Assembly: GCA_951406725.2 (NCBI GenBank)
Contig: OX597838.1
Location: 11,098,001-11,162,000, forward strand
Direction: 5' to 3'
DNA: 64,000 bases
Source: Octopus vulgaris
Taxonomy: Eukaryota
This document shows positions 52,634-64,000 of this stretch, one piece after another. Within the stretch, counting starts at the first letter, position 1. Each line of letters begins with the position of its first letter. The notes under the pieces are model-generated. The model saw nothing but the letters and a program-made list of their open reading frames with translations. It searched no databases and had not been told where the DNA came from. The translations under genes were made by a program, and so were the position numbers.

Positions 52634-53040
52634 ACTCTTTTACTTGTTTCAGTCATTTGACTGCGGCCATGCTGGAGCACTGCCTTTAATTGAGCAAATC
52701 GACCTCAGGACTTATTCTTTGGAAGCCTAGTACTTATTCTATCGGTCTCTTTTGCCGAACCGCTAAGATACGGGGACGTAAACACACCACCATTGGTTGT
52801 CAAGCGATGTTGGGGGGACAAACACAGACAAACAAATATACACACACACATACGTATATATATATATATATATACATATATAAGATGGGCTTCTTTCAGT
52901 TTCCGTCTACCAAATCCACTCACAAGGCTTTGGTCGACCCAAGGCTGTAGTAGAAGACACTTGCCCAAGGTGCCACGCAGTGGGAATGAACCCAGAACCA
53001 TGTGGCTGGGAAGCAAGCTTGTTACAACACAGCCACGCCT
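52634..53040 (-). mobile_element. SINE family A (variant subfamily)
   Basis: Matches family A with diagnostic differences, several shared with 58152-58586. Confidence 0.9.
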
Positions 53041-54554
53041 CTGCCTAATTTAATGTGTGTGTGTGTGTGTGTGTTAAATTAATGGAAGCAGTATGAGACA
53101 ATGGTTGTTGTCGTTGCTGGGCCTAATTAGACGTAAAGCAAATACCAGAAAGAGCACTGGCTGGAGAAAAGTAGCCTCAAAGTAATCCTGTCCGACTCAT
53201 GCAGACATGGGCAAGAGGATGTTGTTTAACCACAGGTCAACGCTAACCAAGCAGACCTATGATCAAAAATATCCTAATTGTGACCATTCCATCTTTTTAA
53301 CCCCTTCTGCCAACTGTAACATTTTTTTCATTCAAATTGTTTTTTATTAATCCTGCATTATTTTGTAGCTTCGAGATTTTGATGTTGTTATTGTATATTT
53401 TATAATGGCATTGAAGGATAGGTGCGATAGGCTGGATCTGGCTGGTTTCAAAATAAAACAGGTAGCATATTTGGGTCAGATATGGCTAGTTTAAATGCTA
53501 AAGGGTCAAGTCTATCTACGACTATATTAAGGCAGAAGTGTGCAATTCAAAAGATATGACTTCTATTTCTAGAAGGTGAAATGACTACACAGAGGATCCC
53601 TTGGTGATTTGTAAGGTATGTTGCTGTTATTGTTAATCATCAGGGCAAACCTGATCATCTGGAGCTGTCTTAGGATCTGTCTTCTTAAGAACACACTGGG
53701 GTGACATTTAAAGGAAATTTGGCTGCTATTTCCAGCAGCTGAATTGCCCACATACAGACATCCATTAATTTGCAAGCTGTGTTGTTGTGTAATGGAGGCT
53801 AAAGACTTATGTTCCGAGCAGAGCTTTTTACTAAAAGGAACATTTGCTTCTATTATTGTAAAATTACAGGAACTGCAATCTAGGAAAGTGTTCCAAATGG
53901 ATTTACTGTGTTATTCTTGTTTGAATATGTTTCACTTCAATCAGAGCGTGAATATAATTTTCAACAGATATGAAAGAAAGCTATATTCCAAACAGACACT
54001 CAAGAGACTTGTACAGGACTTCTGCTTCTGTAAGCATTATATACATAAAAGCTTGGTTTATTTAATGTATCGAAATATAAATTCAAAATAAATCAGAGTC
54101 AGAATATCTGATGATGATGATAATAATAATAATAATAATAATAATGATGATGATGATGATGATTTCAAATTTAGGCACAAGGCCAGCAATTTTAGGGGAG
54201 GGTAAGTCAATTACATTGATCCCCAGCGCTCAACCAGTGCTTCTTTTATCAACCCCATAAGGATGAATAGCAAAATTGATCTCGGTGGAATTTGAACTCA
54301 GAATGTAAAGATGGATGACATGCCACTAAACATTTTGCCCAGCATGCTAACGATTCTGCCAGGTTGCTGCTTTAGTTTTATATGTAATTATTCACAAATG
54401 ATTCAGTCAGTCATCAGTCATCCTTCAATGTGGTTGAATAACCAATCACAACCAGTCGGTATTCACAGTATGGGTTGTACTATTTGTCCTTCTGACCACC
54501 AAATACAAATGCAGCTCACAAGATCAGGTAATTTTCCAGAGTTACCATCTTACC

Positions 54555-54699
54555 TATTTCTTTATTACCCACAAGGGGCTAAACATAGAGGGGACAAACA
54601 AGGACAGACATAGGTATTAAGTCGATTACATCGACCCCAGTGTGTAACTGGTACTTAATTTATCGACCCCGAAAGGATGAAAGGCAAAGTCGACCTCGG
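54555..54699 (-). mobile_element. 5'-truncated SINE family B with TSD
   Basis: gttaccatcttacc at 54541-54554 and 54700-54713. Confidence 0.9.
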
Positions 54700-55212
54700 G
54701 TTACCATCTTACCCTTGTATATCAACCCATCACAAAGTTATTCATTTACAGCTGGAGGAACATGAAAATGAAGTGTTGTGCTTAAGAATACAATGCACAG
54801 CCAGTCTAGGAACTGAAACCATTATCTCACAATCATAAGTGCAACACCCTAACCACTAAGCCATGTGCAAAGTGATTATTAACTACGAAAATGAAGGACT
54901 TTAGAAAACAGAATACCCTTTTGTAATTTTGGTTGAGGGTTTTGTCCAAAAAGGGCTGAATGAGGCCACTTTGAACAAACAACATTATCTTTATTGCAAC
55001 TAATGTTATCCATGTTATTCCATCTCAATGATAAAGAATTTTTTAAAAAACAGCCAAAAGCATCAATACTTCAGTATTCATTTAAACTTCTCTATCGCGA
55101 GCAGAGAGAAAACTGACCAACAGAGTTTTATGGTGTAGCAGAGCTTAACACTGAAGGTTAAAGGTGAGGAGGTTATCATTGCAGAGCAGAGAAAAAAAGA
55201 GGGATGACCAAC

Positions 55213-55308
55213 AGTAGCTTCATTTATCAGAACTAACATTTCAGTCGAGATTTCTTCATCAGAAGCTGAAAGACCACTGGAAATGTGAGCTACGTCTTTT
55301 ACAACCAT
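55213..55308 (-). CDS. Candidate first coding exon of the same gene
   Basis: aaaaATGG start. Reads MVVKDVAHISSGLSASDEEISTEMLVLINEAT, then a weak donor |gttggt in phase 0, compatible with the 29903 acceptor. Lies in repeat-poor, CpG-retaining sequence. Confidence 0.4.
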
Positions 55309-55943
55309 TTTTTTTTTCTTTAAATTCAATTTTTTTGTTATTCAATTGATTCTTACCGAACACAAAGCACTGCAAGATATCTTGAATCCAAGCGATTAGA
55401 GAAAGGTGAATTTGTTTGTTCGTTTGTTGGTTTGTGTTTCCTTTACATATTTTTGCCGGAAGCAAACAAAAACAGCAGCAGTAGCAGGATAGACTTGAAG
55501 AATGTATTTGTTTTTATTGGGATGGCATCAAGCCAATCAAATGAAAAAGATCCGTATGTGTGTGTGTGGAGGGATAAAAGAAAATACAAAAAATGAAGAA
55601 GAAGACGGCTACCGGTGCAGTAAGTGTGGTGAATCCATTCATAATCTACGCAAGGCTTTACCGAGATTGACTTTTATGATGAGAACAACTGTATTCTGTG
55701 ATGTGATTTAACCGAGAGAAATCAACTGGAGCATTAATAGATCTAAATACGAATTACTCAAAGAACATGCATATGTGTGTGTGTACGTGTGTGTGTGTAT
55801 GTGTGTGTGTGTATACATTCATTATATTCACACACACGCATATACACTCCTTACATCATACATTTACACACATACATTCCTTATAGTATACATACACACA
55901 CATACATTCCTTATATTATACATACACACACATATCACATTCA

Positions 55944-56044
<101 letters not shown>

Positions 56045-58151
56045 TTCACAGAGACATATACATTAAATACACACGCACATGTGCATAAATGTATTTGTAC
56101 AGATGCCTGTGTACCTACATCTGATTAGACACACACACACATATATATCTGCAGCTACATGCACAAATACACATGCACACTTATACATGTACCCCTGATA
56201 TATACAGCCACACACACACACATACACACACACACACAAATAACTTCACTACCTTTTTCTATTCAACTGCAAAACAAAAACAAAAAAAAAACAACAACAA
56301 CTGAGGTTAACAACAGAAAAAACTAGAAAAAAAAATAGTTACTTGTTGAAAAATTAATGACTTAAAGTATCAGTACATGTTGCAGAGGCTCATAAAGGAA
56401 ATTTATTAGAATCCTTCTCCTGGGTCTTAATGGATTGGAGGGGGGGGGGGGGCGATTGATTGCTGTATAAAAGAAATCTACCTTTATCTTTTTTTACCTC
56501 TTTATTCTGATTGTTCAACCGTTTTCCACACACTTGCATACAGGAAATGGGTTCTTTCTCCGCGTTCAAGTATTGGTTTTTATGGTTGAATGCTCTTCTA
56601 TCACCAGCTATTCTACTGTTGAAATAAGAATGGAATCGGTTTTGTTTCCAGTCGGACCTCGATATGCTTTTGTGCAGAAGCACACCACAATGGCTGTACA
56701 CTTGTGTTTATGGACCGACCACATGGTTTTTAACATCCAACATAATGATGTCATTTGCTGAGGAAGCTTTACGCAGATGCTCAACCTGCTAGAAATAGCA
56801 GCAGAATTCCTCTTAACCTTCGATCTCGTCGTTTGTTTACATCTGATGTCTTGGACACAGTGTGAGAAGACTGTTGTTATCGCTAGGCCTAACTCATCGT
56901 AAAGTCAATGCCACCATGACCGATATCCAAACGACAGTGGAGAAGGCCAGCCACTGGATTTGGTTAAAAAGAGACGATGAGCGATGGCTAGAAGAATATT
57001 GAGCTTTATTTGATAACCAGCTGATCTAGCAAGCGGGGCCTCATATCAGTGAGGTGGGGGCCGGTGCGCATAGGTAAAAGATGAAAGGGGTTTCATACCA
57101 AATATATATAATGCCAACCACTTAACAACATACACTGGATGCTTTGGTGCAGGCGGGGGGGGGGGAGCACCTGTACTAGAGAGATCACCATGCAAATTGC
57201 AAGACTATGAACTCTAAGTGGGTTACTTTATGTGAGGAAAATAAGGAATGAGAAGAGATAAAATATGAAAGAAGGGGCTGGAGCAGAACAGTCTTCCTGT
57301 TGTGTAAGAGGACTTGGTTAATCCCCACTACTCTTTAAGGAGCACAGGGTCGTTTTCCTTGTTCGTGTGACTTACATATTTCCCACTGGATGGGTCACTG
57401 GACCATGACAGGATTACATGTTTTGGTCAGCTGAGTGGACTGGAACAACTTGAAATGAAGTGTTTTGCTCAAAAACACAATTCATCGCCCGGTCCAGGAA
57501 TTGAAACCACAATCTTAGGATTATGAGTCCAACACTCTAACCACTAAGCCATGTGTTTCCACAAGTAGAGGACATGACTACTCAAATTTTAGATAAGAGT
57601 TAGTGGGAAAAGGCTGATAAGTAATGAGGAGGTATTAGAAAGGGGTTACAAGTGGGGTAGAAATGGATGGGTGGGGTATGGGGTGCCTGACAGTGTGGGG
57701 CAAGCAGAATAGGAATGTGCATACAGTAAAAAGGAGGACAAGAGAGAGTGGACACGCTCTGGTAGGTAGGTAGGTTGCAGGGGTGAATGTAGAAGGGGGA
57801 GTGGCAGGCACATTGTAGGACAAGGGTGAGATGTAGGATGGGAGGTGAGGGAGAGATAATTTGGTGGCACAGGAGTTCGACTGGTAAGGAGAGCAAACAG
57901 CCCTATGTAGAAATTGAACCCAAGTTGGCAAATTGACATTTATGCTCAATTAGCATGTGAATAGATATGTAAATGCAAACAGATATACAAACACACACAC
58001 ACATATTTACACACAAACATGTGCACATATATTTAAACAGGAATACGAGCGTACGTACACACATTTACACAAGCATTCATAAAAACACACATCTCTACAT
58101 GAACATACATTTAAACATGAATACAATCATGTATATATATATATATATATT

Positions 58152-58584
58152 ACTCTTTTACTTGTTTCAGGCATTTGACTGTGGCCATTCTGGAGCACTG
58201 CCTTTAGTCGAGCAAATTGACCCCCAGGACTTATTCTTTGTAAGCCTAGTACTTATTCTATCAGTCTCTCTTGCCGAACCGCTAAGTTACAGGTACGTAA
58301 ACAGACCAGCATCAGTTGTCAAGCGATGTTGGGGGGACAGACACAGACACACAAACATATACACACACATACAAATATATATATATATATATATACAAAT
58401 ATACGACAAGCTTCTTTCAGTTTCCATCTACCAAATCCACTCACAAGGCTTTGGCCAGCCTGAGGCTATAGTAGAAGACACTTGCCCAAGGTGCTATGCA
58501 GTGGGACTGAACCTGGAACCATGTGGTTGGTAAGCAAGCTACTTACCTGTGTCTATAGCTGTGTACCACACAGCCACTCTTGTG

Positions 58585-58586
<2 letters not shown>
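58152..58586 (-). mobile_element. SINE family A (variant subfamily)
   Basis: Matches family A; small insertion in the head. Confidence 0.85.
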
Positions 58587-58647
<61 letters not shown>

Positions 58648-58657
58648 CCTTATTCTC

Positions 58658-58699
<42 letters not shown>

Positions 58700-59459
58700 T
58701 ACACATACACAAACACCCATTGATACAGATACATTTACACACTAAATTGCGACTTCATTGATATATTTTTTCTATAAAGACTATCATATGATATAATATA
58801 TGTGTATATATACATATATATATATGTGCACACAGAGATAGTTCTAAGGCTTCTAAGTTCGCAGAAAGCAAAGAAAAATAATGTAAAGAAAGAAGTCTGA
58901 GAAAGAAGAAGCAATTTATTTACCATTATTTATTCTTTTTAAAAAGTTTCCTTATATCATCTGATATAATAATCTCTTCTCTCCTATTATAACCTACTCT
59001 AAGAACTCTCCAAAGAAACACATTAGAAACTTTACGAAAACTGTATGATGTATAAACTATTCTAAAATTCCTTTTTGCTTTTTTGTCATTTTTCAAAACA
59101 AGCAACCAAAAAAATGATAATGATAATAATAATTATTATTGTAATCAATAATCAATAATATTGTACTTGTGATGAAGTTACTTAATTGAACGAGAATTAG
59201 ATTATAAACCATTCTGAAAAAAAACCCCAAAAAAACAGAAGCTATCTTGGAATAGATAGGAGTGAAAAAGGTGAAGAAGGTGAAGAAGAAAGACAGGTAA
59301 GTTGCTTATTACATAAGACATGCTCACATTCACATTGACATGCGGGTACACATGCTCATTCTGATCCATACATGCACATTCTGGTGCGTATACACATTGA
59401 CACTGATGTGTAAAGAATATTTTTGATATTAATTGGATAATTGGCAGTTACATAAGGTT

Positions 59460-59522
59460 ATGTTTATGACAGGGGTGAAGGTGAGGGTGAGGGTGAAGTA
59501 GGGCAGATAGAAGAGAGATGGT

Positions 59523-59570
<48 letters not shown>

Positions 59571-59732
59571 AATAGATCAGATATGAGACTGTAGGGAAGA
59601 TTGACTGAGCAGATGAATGCGAGAGACTAGTATGAGAGGGGGAGAAAGAGGAAGAAGTATGAAAGAGAGGGAGAGAGGGAGAAGCATGAGAGAGAGAAAG
59701 AAAAGAAGGAGAAATAAGAGAGAGAAGTATGA

Positions 59733-59784
<52 letters not shown>

Positions 59785-60135
59785 ACAAAAAGAAGTATGA
59801 GAGACAAAGAGAGAAGGGGAAAACAGAAGTATTAGAGACAAAAATAGAGAATAACATGAGAAAGAAAGAGAGGATAAAGAGAGGAAATATGAAAGAATAA
59901 AAAAGAGAAAAGGGATTTGTATGGGAGAGAAGGGACGAGAATAAGGTGATGTGAGAAAGAGTGGATACAAGAGAGTAAGAGAGGGATGAGGGGAAAGGAT
60001 TTGAGAGAGAAAGAGAGAAATGAAGAGAGAGAGAGAGAGAGAAGAATACACGAGATGATAGTGAGAAGGGATGAGTAGAGAGAGAGGGAACAAGTGAAGA
60101 AAAGAGAATAGATATGAGAAAGAAAGTGTAAGGGA
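59460..60135. repeat. GA-rich low-complexity tract
   Basis: (GA)n runs and a purine-only bias. Confidence 0.85.
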
Positions 60136-62100
60136 GTGAGAGAAGTCCCTCGTTAACATTTGTGGTCCTACATTCATGTGTTTATATGTTTAAATCTGAG
60201 TAAACTCCCTGAGAGAGAAAGAGAGAGAGTACCAGAGACAATGTCGTTTGTATGCATTATTTGTCAAATGTTGGTTGTTTAAACTTTCAATAAATCAGTA
60301 TTGAAAACAGGGTCCTTTCAGTTTTTTACTAGTTGGATCTGGATAAAGAGACAGTGCCTATGGCCCTTTGATACCTGTGAGATTGATGCTATTAATGCCC
60401 TGTTTAAACTAGTGTTTCCCAACCACTCAAAGAAAACCTATTGAAAAAAATTATTTCACACTGAGGTTACGAATGTGTCCTTTACGAAATATTTACCATA
60501 TTTTTAATGTCATTTTCACTTTAAAATATTTTTTAAATATGTCAAAAAAAAATTTTTGTAATGTATTCACTTGAAAATAATTTAAAAAACCTTAAAGTAA
60601 TGTCTGTTTAAAGAAAGCTAACATATAAGTACCTACTGTACAAATAGCTTACATTTTTGAAATCACACTCACTTGAAAATATTTCTAAATGATTAAAATA
60701 TTGTGTTTAACAAAAGTGAAAATAGAAACATTTACTGTAAAAAATAGATTGTATTGTTTTGTTGTCAAGTCACTGTCTAATCGAAAGGTAAGAGTTTCTT
60801 CCTTTTCAGGGTTAAGTTAATTTCAGAGAATTTTCCTATTATGTACCGTTTTGGGTATTTTTATCTCGAAAACCCCTAATATCAGGTTCAATCTCAAGAT
60901 ACTACTCTGTCACAGGGTTTACCCCCAGCTGTTGCTGGTACTCATTTTCAGCTGAGTGGACTAAAGCATTGAGAAACGAGTGTTTTGCCCCAAAACACAA
61001 TGTGTTGCCTAGTCTTGGAACTGAAACTATGACTTCAAAAGTTTTCTACTTATAGTTGCTTATATGCTAGAGAACCAGGGTCTATTGAGCCAGTAGATTT
61101 GTAATAGATTTAATACTAATTCCTAGACACAGTGTACCTGAAAAAATAATAGAGTTGGTCACAGTTTCAATACCTTTCAATCATGTGTGTTCATTAAGGG
61201 TTTCCTTGAGGGTAAATAACAATGGACTGGATTGGAGTGCCTATGTTCAGTTCACTGCAAGGACAAAGGCCTCAGCATGTTCTCTTCACCAATCACAGTC
61301 TGATGTGGAGGACATGAATTTGAGCTTGAAATCATACTGGTTTGATGAGCCTACTTCTGCACACTGGCTCAACATGGCTTGGCAGAGGTATGCAATTTTG
61401 ATACTCATACCCATGAGTGGTTAAGTCAATTACATCGACCCCCTGTACACAACTGGTACTTACAACAATAGCAACTAATAAATCATCATCATCATCTTTT
61501 TACGTCTGTTTTCCATGCTGGCATGGGTTGGACAGTTCGACTGGGGTCTGGGAAGCCAGGAGGCTGTACCAGGCTCCAGTCTGATCTGGCAGTGTTTCTA
61601 CAGCTGGATGCCTTGCCTAATACCAACCACTCCGAGAGTGTAGTTGGTGCTTTTTTATGTGCCACAAGCACAGGGGCCAGAGGGGGCTGGCATTGACCAC
61701 AATCAGATGGTGCTTTTTACGTGTTGCATCATATTTGAAGCACAATTGTCAAATTCAATACTTGCATGGACTTGACATTGATCTTCCATTCCTCCTGAAT
61801 ACTTAAATTCATGGCAGTTAATTTAGTTCATTATATTCTCATCTCTAAAACGTTAGCTTCGTGCAAAGTCAAAAGGAATTTGATATTTACTAGAGTAATA
61901 TATATCTTCTGAACTATGCAGTTTGTGTGTACTCTACTGGAGCAAAGGATCAACTCTTGTTAGAAGTCATTCAATTTGGAACATTATGGAAAAAGAATAA
62001 ATAAATGCTTTTTAGAAATTTTGCATTTAAAACCAAACTTAAGCACCTGATACATTATTATTATTATTACTATTATTATTATTACTATTATTATTATTAC

Positions 62101-62139
<39 letters not shown>

Positions 62140-62987
62140 TATTATGATTATTATTATTATTATTGAAAACAAGCTGACAGTATATTGCTTCCTATTAATG
62201 TTCCCTTTTTTTCTTTTTTAAATGCCTCATTACCAATAAAAAATTAAAATGGGGGAAAAAAAATAATAGAATAGATTGTTAACAAAATGTCAGATATTCC
62301 TCTGGGATTTACTCGGTTTGTAGATAAGGCAATATTATCAGAATTATTCACAGAAAATGAGAATGAAGTAACAATCTAGAGATAGTTCATATTGGCGTGC
62401 GAACAAAAATTCGAAAAAACAACAGTTCGTTTATACAGAGGAATCGATAGCAGCTCAACCCAAGATCTATCAGAGGTATCTTGCCGCTATTTGCAAGCCC
62501 CACACAACAGATGTCGAATCGATAACAAATAATAACTAGTGACTTCTTGAAGCAATCAGAAAAACGGTAATAAATCAATGATGCCATAACAGTGCAAAAA
62601 AAAAAAAGGTAAAAAAAGGTAGAATTATTCTTGCTTTCTGACAGATCACATTATGTGTATGAGCTAAAAGAGAAACATTGGCATCGGGCAGAAACAAAGA
62701 ATTATGTTAAACATCTCCATTGGGTTTTACGTTCAGCTAAACTTGTGATATTATGAGAGTAACTTAAAATATAAGCAATGTATCATGTTTAACAGACTGG
62801 TATTAAAATCAGCAAACTGTGACAGACTTGTTCTTTGCAGAATATCAGGAATCTACTGGAACCAAGGAATCAATTAACTAAAACATAGTTGAAAATTGTT
62901 AGAGACAGAAATCCAGAATACATATACATATATCATCATCATCATCATCATTTAACATCCGCTTTCTAAGCATATATATGTGTGTGT

Positions 62988-63077
<90 letters not shown>

Positions 63078-63104
63078 ATATACACACACCTGCAATGATC
63101 TTAT

Positions 63105-63250
63105 GTGAGGGAGAGAGAGAGAGCAGACAAAGAAGCCTGGGTTATAAAAAACATTCAGTCAAAACCAAAGGCATTCTTTCATAATTCCAAAGAAACAGCC
63201 TCAGTACACTGCAAAATAGGACCCTTCTTCCAAAATAATGGCTCTCCCTC
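63105..63250 (+). mobile_element. LINE ORF2 linker fragment (CR1/L2/jockey-like)
   Basis: Reads [28 protein letters not shown], matching the KxNPKxFF..IGPL linker motif. Confidence 0.6.
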
Positions 63251-63446
63251 ACACACACACATACATATATATATATACATATATATATATATACATACAT
63301 ACATATATATACACATACATATATATATATACACATACATATATATATATACACATATATACATACATATATATACACATACATATATATATATACACAT
63401 ACATATACACACATATATACATACACATATACACACACACATATAT

Positions 63447-63690
63447 ACCATGCTTTCCTTTAACTTTTGGGGAAGTTTCCCAGTTGCAAGGAAGCTTTGG
63501 AAGAGTTACTGTAGTGAACTTGCTAGAGCCTCATTACATTTCTTAAGGAGGAATTCTGGGAATCCACCAGGGTCTGTGACTGAGTTGAAGCTCATTTCAT
63601 CAACAGCTGATATTACAACAGTTTCCTCTATTCCAAATTACCCATAACTGTCATCTCTTTGTGTAGAGCTGTGGTTCTGAAGAACTTATG
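63447..63690 (-). mobile_element. LINE RT N-terminal fragment (CR1/L2/jockey-like)
   Basis: Reads [58 protein letters not shown], a degenerate SxGPDGxPxxLLK..SLxxGxxP..K motif. Confidence 0.75.
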
Positions 63691-64000
63691 CATAACTATT
63701 TACTGTGGTGCCAAAGAATTCAGTAGCAATAAACAACCATCTTCTCTTCTTTGATCCATTTAACAATTTCATTACCATATTCCTGATGAAATACATTGTT
63801 TATGTGTCTTAATTTGGAATATAATCAATCATTTAGAGGTGTTTAGTAAACCAAGTAATTTTGTTATTAAACTGGTGTTTGTTGCTTAACTTAACAAAAA
63901 GGTCCATACATAAAACTATGATGGGATGCTTTAATTTAAACATGAATAATTTAATTCCTTTGTTGCTATATTTCTAGATATTTAGCAAACTAAATAATTT

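Overview
AT-rich eukaryotic (animal) genomic DNA, not prokaryotic. The SINE and microsatellite landscape matches what I recall from octopus/cephalopod genomes; this is an inference, no search was run. The window is almost entirely intronic sequence of a minus-strand gene. Two well-supported phase-0 exons (29733-29903 and 6292-6381) join into a continuous coiled-coil peptide. Weaker candidates are a first coding exon (55213-55308), a hydrophobic terminal exon (9517-9651) and a 23-nt micro-exon (1632-1654). The rest is three tRNA-headed SINE families plus a (TGA)n-tailed retroelement family, decayed LINEs (RTE, CRE-like, CR1/L2/jockey-like), a Penelope-like remnant, mariner, Gypsy integrase, Helitron, TTAA-flanked MITEs, and micro/minisatellites. 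Nearly all ORFs in the supplied track are repeat artefacts. The most unusual signals are: (i) at least six unrelated short elements carrying hammerhead-ribozyme-like cores, several built into long fold-back palindromes or sitting in (TA)n tracts; (ii) a ~260-bp inverted duplication that could base-pair with a candidate transmembrane exon in the pre-mRNA. Repeat boundaries were read by eye and are approximate.
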